A DNA stretch of 64,000 nt from a virus: IMG/VR virus record IMGVR_UViG_3300021092_000026, positions 10,852 through 74,851 of that record, one strand, 5' to 3'. Shown here in pieces: positions 1-9,898 of the stretch. The notes under the pieces are model-generated. The model did not search any database. It was not told the origin of the DNA and saw only the letters and a list, made by a program, of their open reading frames with translations. The translations under genes and the position numbers were made by a program. Every line of letters begins with the position of its first letter. Positions within the stretch are counted from its first letter, which is position 1.

Positions 1-1016
1 TCCCCACCGGCTTTAACATCTTTAATGATTTGGTCTAATCTTTGCTTTATACTTCGGGTTGCTTCATCCGGGTTTACTGTTAATACTGAACTCATCAACG
101 ATAACACTTCCGCACCAACACCTAAAAATATATCTTCAAATGGTCTAATATTATCTTTTGTTATTTTTTGATGGTCGTTTTTATCTACACCCACCGCCCA
201 ATCTAATACCTTTTGAGATTTAATGTTATTTGTACCCAATTTAAAACTTTTATCAAAAAATGCCCACCTTTTTACCAATCCATCCTTTGTTGATTTATCT
301 AATTTTTCAGGTGAATTTTTATCTATGTAATCTCCCCACCAAGCCTGATGATATTCTGCAGGCCCATCACTATCTTTTAAACCAAATTTAGATTGTAAGT
401 TTTTTAACATCCCCAAATACTTTGGTTGTAATTTTTCTAAATTTACATCTTTTGGTAATTGTGTAATTGGTGGCCCTTGTATCTTATACTTTTCTTGTAC
501 ATCCTGATTGATTTGTTTAATCATCCCCGCCAATATCTTTGCATCAGATTGGTCGGCCCCAATCGCCACACCGGATTCATCGTATTCATTTGTATTATGA
601 AATATTAAAAGAGCCTGTCCATAAGGTATTACATTTACCGATGTTGGATAAATAACTTCTAAGTTCATAAACTTTTTACCTTGCGCAAATATCTTATCTC
701 GTTGTGCTTTTGATAACCCCTTCACAGCCGTTTCTAAATCCCTCATAGCAAAGTTGTAAGCATCGGTTAGTCCACCCCTACCTCCGAACTTTGAAGCAAC
801 ATCAGCGATTGACATTGCGTTTTCACCACTGTTAGCAAGGTGTCCCTTGTTCCTTGCAGCGATTAATCCCTTATCATCTCTCCAACTAATAGCGAGTGCC
901 TGTCCATCTGTATTATGAATTAATATACCATTTGCATAATAACATGAAAAATTATCAACTTTTATGTCATATCTGGTCTGAACTTTGTTTATTGGTTTTA
1001 TTGATTTAATTTTCAT
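1..1016 (-). CDS. C-terminal half of fractured gene: split-intein C-part fused to a ligase-like (KxDG) C-extein; runs off the window edge; missing from the ORF track
   Basis: Manual translation from ATG 1016: MKIKSIKPINKVQTRYDIKVDNFSCYYANGILIHN/TDGQALAISWRDDKGLIAARNKG...MNLEVIYPTSVNVIPYG...; the same frame reads sensibly at the window edge; the ATG overlaps the upstream endonuclease stop by 11 nt. Confidence 0.9.
   Translation of the reverse strand, partial: MKIKSIKPINKVQTRYDIKVDNFSCYYANGILIHNTDGQALAISWRDDKGLIAARNKGHLANSGENAMSIADVASKFGGRGGLTDAYNFAMRDLETAVKGLSKAQRDKIFAQGKKFMNLEVIYPTSVNVIPYGQALLIFHNTNEYDESGVAIGADQSDAKILAGMIKQINQDVQEKYKIQGPPITQLPKDVNLEKLQPKYLGMLKNLQSKFGLKDSDGPAEYHQAWWGDYIDKNSPEKLDKSTKDGLVKRWAFFDKSFKLGTNNIKSQKVLDWAVGVDKNDHQKITKDNIRPFEDIFLGVGAEVLSLMSSVLTVNPDEATRSIKQRLDQIIKDVKAGG
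912..1016 (-). other. Split intein C-part (IntC, 35 aa)
   Basis: Block F YDIKV, block G NGILIHN, followed by +1 Thr; net basic. Confidence 0.92.
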
Positions 1017-1740
1017 ATCTAATCCTTATAAATTTACAGCCCAATAACTTTTCTATTTTTTCCTGTCGTATTACATCTCTTTTTCGAAGTGAACCATCTT
1101 TATTAAAATGATGCGATTCATCTATTTCAATTACAGCGTTTTTTTCTTTATCATACCCATCCAAATAATAACCAAGCCCTTCAACATAATACTCACCACC
1201 ATTTTCCGCGTGTTGGAAGTTATATCCATATTGCTTACCATACTCTTCTATAATTGGTATAGCATTTACATTGTAATTTGGAAATAAAGACTTAAATGCT
1301 CCAGAAAATCGTATTTTTTCTTTAACTTTTGGGTGCTGAAAAATGTTATCAACTCCATATTTTTCTTTAACAGTTTTATTTCTTTTGTGAAATATTACTG
1401 TCCCTTTAGATAATGGGTTTATTGCACCATATTTTTTCAAATTAGTTTTTTCAATTCTATCTCTATACCCATCCATATAATGAGATTGTTTTACATTTCT
1501 AACAGGTATATTTAATCGTCTAAGTTGTTTGTTCACTATTGTAGATGAACTCCACCCATTTTCATTAGCAATTTGTAGCGCAGATTTACCATTTATTATA
1601 TATTCAGTATATAACATATCATAATTAAATAACCCATCACGCCATTCTTTAAATTTACCACAATTTCTTATATGACCATTTATACTCAAACTACTTTTAA
1701 TTTGAAGTTTATTACCACAATATTTACAAGCTTCTTCCAT
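1006..1740 (-). mobile_element. Free-standing homing endonuclease, Vsr/DUF559-like, between the split-intein halves
   Basis: C-terminal YYLDGYD..NAVIEIDESHH..RDVIRQEKIEKLLGCKFIRI; N-terminal CxxC and KKYG-type repeats; position matches the known fractured-gene architecture. Confidence 0.8.
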
Positions 1741-1803
1741 AGTATGTATTATTTTATATAAATATGTGATTTGTGAAAAAACCGATGGTTGTTGTGTGTA
1801 TTT

Positions 1804-3378
1804 TTACAATGTTTTCAATTCCATATCTTCGGTCAAATCTTTGGCCTGAACATACCCTATACCCTCTACATACATTCTATGATTTGGCGTTACTTGAATG
1901 GTTTTACCATCTTCCAGTTCTATTTCTAACCACTCATCAGTATCATCATTATTAAAAGATGCCATAATACCCATAAATTCATTATTACCAGTTACTTCAT
2001 TAAATGATAATACCAAATCGGTAAGTTTATTATCCACAAACTCCGATATAGGTATGTTTCCATTATTTTTAGTTTCAATAATACTATCACCCGCTATACA
2101 CTTTTCTGTTGTTAATTTCAAATCACCTTTTAGGGCTTTTGTTATTATATTTTTTAAATCACCAAAAGTTAAACCCAATTCCATATCAAATGGGTGATTC
2201 ATGTGTCCGTATGCGCCACCCTCTAACAAAAACTTAGAAAACTTTCTGCCAATTTTTTCTAATAATCTAAATTGTCTATCGTTAATTCTCTTTACTTTAG
2301 TATTGGTAGACCATTCAACAATTTCGTGTCCTAATCTTGCATAAGCTTCTTGTAACTCTTCATCCTTTACTCCTGTAATATCTACTGTATTATTAAGTGG
2401 TGCATCCGGTGGTGCTGCATCCAATGGTGATGTTGCTGTATCAGCCGTTACAAAATCTTCGGTTTCAGGAATATCTAAAAGGTCATCCATTGTAAATACT
2501 TTTCTAGTACTACTATATTGGTAAAAATCCCCAGTACCTTTTGCGGATTTTTTGACCATTACATCTGCTTTTGGAAAATCTAATTGTACATATCCACCAT
2601 TAACAAACCAATAATCGTTTTTTTGTGCTTGCTTACTTAATCCCAAAACCCTTCGTTTATTAGGAACTACATACATTGCGTCAGGTTCACCTGCATCTCC
2701 CCCATATCCACCACTTAGTGTTGACTCAGTTAATGCTTTTATATTAAATGTCTTAAAGAAAGATTCCATTATGGATTCTACTGCTATCAACTTTTTTGTT
2801 ATTAAGTTGTATATTTTGGGATTAAATTTTGGATAAGCTTTTTTAAATCCTGCTTTTCTTTTTGATTCATCTCCCGCTGATAACCACTTTCTTACATCCG
2901 TTCCACTTATTGAGTTTGCCTGCATTGGTGATGCGTAAACATAACCATTTTCTTCATACCCACTAGCAGGTTTGAATCCGTCTCCACTATGAAACTTTTT
3001 GAAATATTTACCACCCAATCGTTGTACATCCTTTTCTCCTACCACAGTTACAAACGCTGTTGTTTTGGGTGAAAATCCACTTAATACTTCGGTTGGGTTA
3101 TATGGGTTTTTTACTTGAACTACTTTATTTGAAGGGATATCAAACATTGTAGTCATTATTTTTTTCTTCTCCAAAAAGTTAAATGGGTCTTTCGGTCCAC
3201 CACTTTTATTGGATGTTCCAATCCAAACCTTATCTTTACCAAACTTTTGAACTAAATGTGAGTATGTTCCATAGTGTCCTTTATGAAAAGGTTGAAACCT
3301 TCCTGCATATACAACCACTATATCTTTTATTTCTTCGGTTAATATTTCTTTAACCCACTCTTTTATTAAATTTCCCAT
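1804..3378 (-). CDS. N-terminal half of fractured gene: cytidyltransferase-like (HxGH) domain, start of a ligase-like domain, then split-intein N-part
   Basis: AGRFQPFHKGH and ISGTDVR motifs; GGAYGHMNHPFD; ends LTTEK/CIAGDS...TPNH...LKTL-stop. Confidence 0.88.
   Translation of the reverse strand: MGNLIKEWVKEILTEEIKDIVVVYAGRFQPFHKGHYGTYSHLVQKFGKDKVWIGTSNKSGGPKDPFNFLEKKKIMTTMFDIPSNKVVQVKNPYNPTEVLSGFSPKTTAFVTVVGEKDVQRLGGKYFKKFHSGDGFKPASGYEENGYVYASPMQANSISGTDVRKWLSAGDESKRKAGFKKAYPKFNPKIYNLITKKLIAVESIMESFFKTFNIKALTESTLSGGYGGDAGEPDAMYVVPNKRRVLGLSKQAQKNDYWFVNGGYVQLDFPKADVMVKKSAKGTGDFYQYSSTRKVFTMDDLLDIPETEDFVTADTATSPLDAAPPDAPLNNTVDITGVKDEELQEAYARLGHEIVEWSTNTKVKRINDRQFRLLEKIGRKFSKFLLEGGAYGHMNHPFDMELGLTFGDLKNIITKALKGDLKLTTEKCIAGDSIIETKNNGNIPISEFVDNKLTDLVLSFNEVTGNNEFMGIMASFNNDDTDEWLEIELEDGKTIQVTPNHRMYVEGIGYVQAKDLTEDMELKTL
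1807..2100 (-). other. Split intein N-part (IntN, 98 aa)
   Basis: Block A CIAGDSII, block B VTPNHRMY, ends at a stop codon; strongly acidic. Confidence 0.92.
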
Positions 3379-3411
3379 ATAAATAAATATAAAATTTATT
3401 TTAGTTTATTA

Positions 3412-5178
3412 TTATCCAGAATATGATGATGAATAGTATGGTAAAAATATTATATAATCAGTGTCAACACCTTCATTACTGTGCAATTTAATTTTTAAAT
3501 ATCCATCCGGGTCTGCTAAGAGTGATATAGTTCCCGGTGATGAGTTTCTTATCAAAGAAATATTCTCACCCGATAGCCAATCAATTTTTTCGCCTTCACT
3601 CAACAGAGTGTTGCTTGGTTCGGTTGTATTATTCCACTCACCTTGAATATTTAATCCTAATCTATTATCGCCAGTATCTTTAATTACATTTGTAATAGTA
3701 GATAATGAAGAACTTACATTATTAATTTGAGTGGATAATGATGAACTAGCTTCAGTTAATGTTGTGATAGATGAACTTACATTATTAATTTGAGTGGATA
3801 ATGATGAACTAGCTACAGTTAATGTTGTGATAGATGAACTTACATTATTAATTTGAGTGGATAATGATTGACTTAATTCCGTTATATCACCCCCACCACC
3901 AGAGCCACTTGCTTGACTATCATATCCTTTAAAATAATAATTGGTTAATATCGATTCATAATTTGCAAAATCGTTTTGTGAATTTAAATATTCAATTTTT
4001 ATATCATTTGCCACATTTTTATTGGTTGGATTATATAAAAATGTATGAGTTGATTGAGTTACATTAGTTTGAGTATCAGAGTATATGTCTGTTGATGAGC
4101 CTGTAATAATATCATACAATAGTTTTGTTCCTATTAACTGATATTCTGTTAATGTTCCTCCCGTTGCTCTTGATCTGATATACACATTTATTTTATCAAC
4201 ATTACCTAGAATTGGATTCACATCTTTTATTGTTATATGAGCTAATGATTGTGAAAATATGGTAGTAGAACCTGTACTAATTGTTTCCACCACAAAACTC
4301 CCGGTAGAAAATAATGTAAAAGTTTTTAGTAGTGATGCTGTTTTAGTACTTACAGATGCGGTTAGTGGATTAGAAACTCTAACTTTTCTACTGGTAATAA
4401 ATGATTGTAATGATGCGGTATAATTTTGTGGCTTTAACATTCCTGCACTAAGTTCTGCGGATGTAATTTGTGGGGATAATGTGGTATTTTGTAAGTTAAT
4501 TTTTATTTTACCACCAATCGAATTTGGATTTAATTGATAATTTGGTGTTTCTAAAAACACATTTTGCCCACCAAAATCCGATGTATAAATTATATTTTGA
4601 TTTACAGTTTGATTTACTATTTGTGGTTGATTCAAACTTTGGGTTGGTATTTCTCTATAAAATGAAAATGATTCTGATACGGATATTATTGGTACTGAAT
4701 TTTGGTTTGTAAACACTATTGGAGATTCAGATCTACTATCTCTACTTATAGAAATTTTTCTTTTCCACCTAACATTAATAACATCTCTAAATTCTTCAGG
4801 TATTATCTCACCATCTTCGGTTCTTTCTGCTATACCACATATTATCATTTCACCAATACCATTTGGGGTATTGTATATATCATCCCGTTCACCATAAACC
4901 CACACCGAAATATAGCGTGATAAATCACCTGGTTCGTAATCAGGTATTTCATAGTAAACCGAATTAAGATTTACATCTAATATTTCAATATATAATTGAG
5001 AATTGGGTTTTAGTATATCCTCATTTGGTTTTATCCTAACACCATTTTTACCCCTACCAAAAAAAGAAGGAAACTCTTTTATACCAAAGTATGCTTCTGA
5101 TGTTAATGAAGTATCTTCAATATAAACCGGTATTAAATCTAAATTTTCGTTAAACCTTCTTTTAAATTCCAATGACAT
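3412..5178 (-). CDS. Putative virion structural (tail/fibre-like) protein
   Basis: S/T/N-rich 588 aa protein with a 21-aa coiled-coil-like repeat near the C-terminus. Confidence 0.5.
   Translation of the reverse strand: MSLEFKRRFNENLDLIPVYIEDTSLTSEAYFGIKEFPSFFGRGKNGVRIKPNEDILKPNSQLYIEILDVNLNSVYYEIPDYEPGDLSRYISVWVYGERDDIYNTPNGIGEMIICGIAERTEDGEIIPEEFRDVINVRWKRKISISRDSRSESPIVFTNQNSVPIISVSESFSFYREIPTQSLNQPQIVNQTVNQNIIYTSDFGGQNVFLETPNYQLNPNSIGGKIKINLQNTTLSPQITSAELSAGMLKPQNYTASLQSFITSRKVRVSNPLTASVSTKTASLLKTFTLFSTGSFVVETISTGSTTIFSQSLAHITIKDVNPILGNVDKINVYIRSRATGGTLTEYQLIGTKLLYDIITGSSTDIYSDTQTNVTQSTHTFLYNPTNKNVANDIKIEYLNSQNDFANYESILTNYYFKGYDSQASGSGGGGDITELSQSLSTQINNVSSSITTLTVASSSLSTQINNVSSSITTLTEASSSLSTQINNVSSSLSTITNVIKDTGDNRLGLNIQGEWNNTTEPSNTLLSEGEKIDWLSGENISLIRNSSPGTISLLADPDGYLKIKLHSNEGVDTDYIIFLPYYSSSYSG
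3710..3868. repeat. 63-bp tandem repeat, about 2.5 copies (SSSLSTQINNVSSSITTLTxA)
   Basis: GAACTTACATTATTAATTTGAGTGG starts at 3710, 3773 and 3836. Confidence 0.95.
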
Positions 5179-5193
5179 TTATTTCCCCTATAA

Positions 5194-8100
5194 TTATAAG
5201 TATTTTATTGAAGAAAAAGAATTTATTTTATTTATATCAATTATTTGGTCTACCATATCCCTCGTTTTATCTATATGGGATATTGTAATAATAAAATCAA
5301 ATTGAGTTTTTAAATAATCAAATAATAAATACAAAGAATTAAAATTATCAGTATCCAACGAACCAAACCCCTCATCAATAGCAATAAAATTGGGACGTGG
5401 TAAGTTAGATACACTTATCAATGCGGTCCTGATTGCTATTGAACTCACAAACTTTTCCATACCACTTGTCAACTCTAATGGCCAGTATCTATCATCACCA
5501 TAACAAATATATGAATTTATGTTTTTACCATCCGTATTTAATATGATTTGAAAATCCACTATAGGTTGAAGAATGTTGTTGATTTCAATTTCTAACTTTG
5601 GTAATATTTCTGATATTAATCCATATGGAATACCATCTCGCTTAACTGCTGATAAGTAATATTCATATCCATTGTATTTTAATTCCATTTGATTTAACTT
5701 TTCAATGGACTCATTTACAGATTCAATTGTATTTTTTTGAACACGTAACTCACCCAACAAATCTATTAAATCGGTTGTAACCCTATTTAATTCAGATTGA
5801 GTTTCTACTCTTTTATTTTTCAAAATACTAATTTCATCGTTAAGTTTAATATTGAATTCAACCGATTTTTCTTGCTTTTTGGCTTTTTCAATATCGGATG
5901 ATATTTTTTCATATTGGACTTCGTATTGAGTATAATCAGATTTAGCATCATTTAATTCCGATAAAAGATTATAATATTTACGGTTTGTTTCTTGCTCCTT
6001 TTCTTTGACCTGATTCACCTTTTCTAAATCTGCTTTTACATCACACGCCCTCTGCCTTACAACCTTTTCAGATAATTCCGTTTCTAATTCAGTTATCTTT
6101 TTAGTAAGAGATAGTATTTTGTTTTCTAACTCCAAACTCTGTTTTGCAAATGGAGTGTTTTTGTTTTTAACACAGTGTTCACAATTATCATCGTATGTAA
6201 AAGAACCAATACCCTCCAAGTGTTTTTTAGTATGAGATAAATCAATCTGATACTTTGATATGGTTTGCTTTACCAATGTTATATCCCTATCTAATACACG
6301 CCACTCATTATCTTTTAGTTTTAATTCATCCAAATTGTATTCTTTGTAGAACTCACCAATTCTTTCAAGCTTTTCTTCTAATGGTTTTACCTGATATTGT
6401 AACTCCCTTATATTGGATGATATTACTCCTGTTGAATTTCTACAATCTTTTAATTGGGTATTTAATACTTCCAAATTTAAAGTTTTATCCACAACAATTA
6501 ACTTTGCAGATTTATCTTCAATTTGCTGGTTTATAACCCCAAGCCCATTTTCAAGATTTACTTTTTCAGTTTCTAAATTTGAAATAGAACCTGTTATGGA
6601 TTGGACTACCATTTCAGCTTTTGCTAACTTTGTTGGAAAATCTTGTCCCTTATAATCTTTTAATAAGGTTGATAATTCTTTTATTTCTTCACTTGCTACT
6701 GAATACAATTGTTCAAAAACATCCATATCCAAAAATTGAGCAAGTAATTCTTTTCTTTCTTTTTGCGATTTATCAATAAACCCACTATTGTTAAATTGAG
6801 TTGATAATGCCGTCAATATAAAATCATCGTATGTTCCTACATACTGTCTAATGACTGAATTTGTATCCCGCCTTTCATCCCCATTCAAACTTTCAATATC
6901 CCCCAAATCATTGAATGTGTAAAATTGAGTATCAACCTTTACAGTTCCTTTTTTTGTAGATTTATTTGCAGTTCTTTCAATTACATAATCCCTACCATTT
7001 AATTCAAAAATAAATTTACAATAAAAATTCTTTTTAGAATAATTCATCACATCAACTGCTTTTGATGTTCGGGAACACTTATCAAAAATACAAAATGATA
7101 AAGCATCCCATAAAGAAGATTTACCACTTGCGTTAGGCGCAAATACACCATACGCCCCCTTCATATTCTGAAAGTTTATATGGTTATTCTCACCATAAGA
7201 AAACATATTGGAAAACTCAAAACTTTTTGGTATCCAAACGGAACTTCTAATTGCATATGGATTTACAATCTTTGAGTTTATATCGGCGTTTATACCCTTA
7301 ACAACTTCTAATAATTCTGAATCAATTCCAAATTTTTGGCTTAAATAATCCTCTAATAGTTTATTTTGAAAACCAACATCTCTTACATTTTGTAGAGTTA
7401 CATGTTCACGCTTCCCAACCTGATTAGTGGATAAAACTTTTTGAATACTCAGCTCTTCTATATCATATTTCTTTTTCAAAGAAGATATAACCTTATTTAG
7501 TTGGGATGTGGTTGTATCTTTAACCCTCAATCGTAATCTTGGTTTTGGGCAAATATAATTGCTTGATACAATTTTACCATCCTCAATATCAATTGTTCCA
7601 TACCCATACTCATTCTCAATATGAACGAATGTAGAGGACTTTGTGGGTAAATCCCATACCAATATCCCATGTTCAGGATAAATTGATTCTGAATGGTTCT
7701 GTGTAATCAGGGAGCCTGGATACTTTATCGTATCTACACCTGATACTGAATTATTGGGGACATGAATATCCCCTAATAAAGTAATATCATATCCTCTAAA
7801 AGAATCTACTGTAACTTTTTTATTATCAATCTTAAATCCATGTTCGGTTTGTATCCCATCAACGGGTCCGTGATAAAGAGCAATCTTAAAATCTCCATTA
7901 ACATCTGAACTATTTGTAAAACCATCTGATGAATCAAACACCGATTTATGTGCAAATGTAATACCACCAAATTCAAAGGTTGTAGTGTTTTTATAATAAA
8001 ATAAGTTTGGATGATTTAACGCATCAACAATTGGTGATAACGCATCTAATCGAGAAGGATTATTTAGGTTTGCATCGTGATTACCGGGGATTAAAATAGT

Positions 8101-8334
8101 AGGCATAATATCCGATAAACTTCTTAAAAAGTTTTGAGTCATATGAACCACTTCAGGTGTCATATCGGTTTTAGCATGAACAATATCCCCAGCCAATACA
8201 ATAGCTGAATCATTAGTAACAACCGATTTTAGGTAATCATATAAACGATTAAAGACTAACGAATATTCTTTGTGTCTCTTTAAGTTTCGTATATGAACAT
8301 CGGCAATATGATAAATCTTATTTAACTTTTTCAT
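5194..8334 (-). CDS. Fused Mre11/SbcD nuclease and Rad50/SbcC ATPase (T4 gp47-gp46-like)
   Basis: Phosphoesterase motifs DVH, GD, GNHD, GDIH; Walker A APNASGKSS; coiled coil with CEHC zinc hook; signature TSGME; Walker B IAIDEGFGSLD; H-loop ISH. Confidence 0.92.
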   Translation of the reverse strand: MKKLNKIYHIADVHIRNLKRHKEYSLVFNRLYDYLKSVVTNDSAIVLAGDIVHAKTDMTPEVVHMTQNFLRSLSDIMPTILIPGNHDANLNNPSRLDALSPIVDALNHPNLFYYKNTTTFEFGGITFAHKSVFDSSDGFTNSSDVNGDFKIALYHGPVDGIQTEHGFKIDNKKVTVDSFRGYDITLLGDIHVPNNSVSGVDTIKYPGSLITQNHSESIYPEHGILVWDLPTKSSTFVHIENEYGYGTIDIEDGKIVSSNYICPKPRLRLRVKDTTTSQLNKVISSLKKKYDIEELSIQKVLSTNQVGKREHVTLQNVRDVGFQNKLLEDYLSQKFGIDSELLEVVKGINADINSKIVNPYAIRSSVWIPKSFEFSNMFSYGENNHINFQNMKGAYGVFAPNASGKSSLWDALSFCIFDKCSRTSKAVDVMNYSKKNFYCKFIFELNGRDYVIERTANKSTKKGTVKVDTQFYTFNDLGDIESLNGDERRDTNSVIRQYVGTYDDFILTALSTQFNNSGFIDKSQKERKELLAQFLDMDVFEQLYSVASEEIKELSTLLKDYKGQDFPTKLAKAEMVVQSITGSISNLETEKVNLENGLGVINQQIEDKSAKLIVVDKTLNLEVLNTQLKDCRNSTGVISSNIRELQYQVKPLEEKLERIGEFYKEYNLDELKLKDNEWRVLDRDITLVKQTISKYQIDLSHTKKHLEGIGSFTYDDNCEHCVKNKNTPFAKQSLELENKILSLTKKITELETELSEKVVRQRACDVKADLEKVNQVKEKEQETNRKYYNLLSELNDAKSDYTQYEVQYEKISSDIEKAKKQEKSVEFNIKLNDEISILKNKRVETQSELNRVTTDLIDLLGELRVQKNTIESVNESIEKLNQMELKYNGYEYYLSAVKRDGIPYGLISEILPKLEIEINNILQPIVDFQIILNTDGKNINSYICYGDDRYWPLELTSGMEKFVSSIAIRTALISVSNLPRPNFIAIDEGFGSLDTDNFNSLYLLFDYLKTQFDFIITISHIDKTRDMVDQIIDINKINSFSSIKYL

Positions 8335-9278
8335 TTTTTCCTAAACATTTTATACTCCACCAAACTTAGTAAATTTAATTCGGGAGTATCGTATATTTTT
8401 GTGTTTATCTTATCATATCCTAATTCAGATGCATCATCCTCCGAATCCAACTGAACTAAGTGAACTTTAATTCCCCAACCCATTAGTTTCTCACATAATT
8501 GAATAGAGTTGTTGATAGCATCGGAATCTAAACAAACATAGATACGGGATACTTTTTTATCCAATATCTTTTTTTCTAATTTTGGTGGAATTGTTTTTCC
8601 AAATATAGGAATGGCGTTTCTACGAATTGCGATTGCATCAAAGACCCCCTCACAAATAACGATTGGTTCATTCCAATTTACATACAAATCAAACCCAATA
8701 ATATCTTTGGATACCTTTGGATTTTTATGCTTTTGTGCTGTATCATAAAAAGCCCTACTAACAAAATAGTTTAACATCCCATCCGAATCGTATGAAGGGA
8801 TGATAATTCTATTACTATATTCACCCTCAACACAATACCCCATTCCATATTTAACAATATCACCCGGTCGGATTCCTCTACCTAAAATGTAATTTAGGGC
8901 ATGTGAATAAATAATGGATTTAGATGATTCCCATAAAGGAATAAACTCTTTAGGTAGTTGAACAAATGTTTGTTGTTGGGTTAGTTGTTCGGTTGGTTGT
9001 TTATATTTTCTAATGTTTCTGAAAATAGAATTATACTCATCCCATATTTGTGGTGATACATTCAGCTTTTTAAACAATGAACGGATTGTTTTTCCCTTTT
9101 CATCCGATATCCAACAATGCCAGGGGTTATCACCATCCGATGTTGTTTTTATGTTTATTTCAAGTTTTGGTTTGTAATGGTCGGTGAATGGTGAATAAAA
9201 AGCATAGTTATCCCCAGTGGTTTTTTTACTTTTACCCAAAACCTTTTCTAATAACTCAATTAATCTTTCTTCTACCAT
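8331..9278 (-). CDS. DNA primase (TOPRIM)
   Basis: RIIIPSY, ICEGVFDAI, CLDSDA and DASE motifs; degenerate N-terminal zinc-binding region. Confidence 0.85.
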   Translation of the reverse strand: MVEERLIELLEKVLGKSKKTTGDNYAFYSPFTDHYKPKLEINIKTTSDGDNPWHCWISDEKGKTIRSLFKKLNVSPQIWDEYNSIFRNIRKYKQPTEQLTQQQTFVQLPKEFIPLWESSKSIIYSHALNYILGRGIRPGDIVKYGMGYCVEGEYSNRIIIPSYDSDGMLNYFVSRAFYDTAQKHKNPKVSKDIIGFDLYVNWNEPIVICEGVFDAIAIRRNAIPIFGKTIPPKLEKKILDKKVSRIYVCLDSDAINNSIQLCEKLMGWGIKVHLVQLDSEDDASELGYDKINTKIYDTPELNLLSLVEYKMFRKK

Positions 9279-9870
9279 CTCTTAAATCGTATGTATAAAT
9301 ATGTTTTGGTAAGTTAGTAATTATCTTTACATTCTCATCACCCTCTTTATATCTCCTATTTATTTCAACTCCATAAGGTCTATCCAACATAGAAAGTGTC
9401 CTAATATGAAATGATTTACCATCCACCTCCAACGATTTTGATGCGGATGTTTCACCCAAATAATTAAAATTGGAAGCACGGTAGATAACCCCCCTATGCC
9501 CCTGATTTTGGTCTGCGTAACTTATTATGTATTCCCAATCCGTATTTTGTTTTAACCACTTAATTGTTTTGGATATAAAATACGATTCAGCATTTTTTGG
9601 TGTATCATCTACCAAACACAATCTTCGTAATTCTAAAACCTTATCGGGACGGGATGGGTGATATGTTTGCCCTGCGGTTGGGCCTGCTGGTCGGGTGTAG
9701 ATACAAACACCAATTATTTCAGGCATACCAAAATTTCCTTCTCTGAGTAGAATAAATGCATGTTTTGTTTGTATATTTACATAATCAGAGTAATGCCACT
9801 TTTTTAAAAAGACACGAATGTTCTGATTAAACGATGTATGTTCAACTGTGTATGTTTTTACTAAACCCAT
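9256..9870 (-). CDS. Mom-like GNAT DNA modification protein
   Basis: ELRRLCL..PKNAESYFIS..IISYADQNQGHRGVIYRASNF; start moved to ATG 9870, downstream of the promoter motif. Confidence 0.8.
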   Translation of the reverse strand: MGLVKTYTVEHTSFNQNIRVFLKKWHYSDYVNIQTKHAFILLREGNFGMPEIIGVCIYTRPAGPTAGQTYHPSRPDKVLELRRLCLVDDTPKNAESYFISKTIKWLKQNTDWEYIISYADQNQGHRGVIYRASNFNYLGETSASKSLEVDGKSFHIRTLSMLDRPYGVEINRRYKEGDENVKIITNLPKHIYTYDLRDGRRKIN

Positions 9871-9898
9871 TCTACACAATATACAACAGAAAAACTAA

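Noticed and set aside
1804-2100. Contiguous intein broken by a sequencing frameshift
   Set aside because: IntN has a clean stop followed by an intergenic gap with a promoter motif; the endonuclease and IntC each have their own ATG, and the halves show split-intein charge complementarity
2030-6493. TTATCCACA at 2030 and 6485
   Set aside because: Both lie inside coding sequence (V-D-N/K codons), compatible with chance
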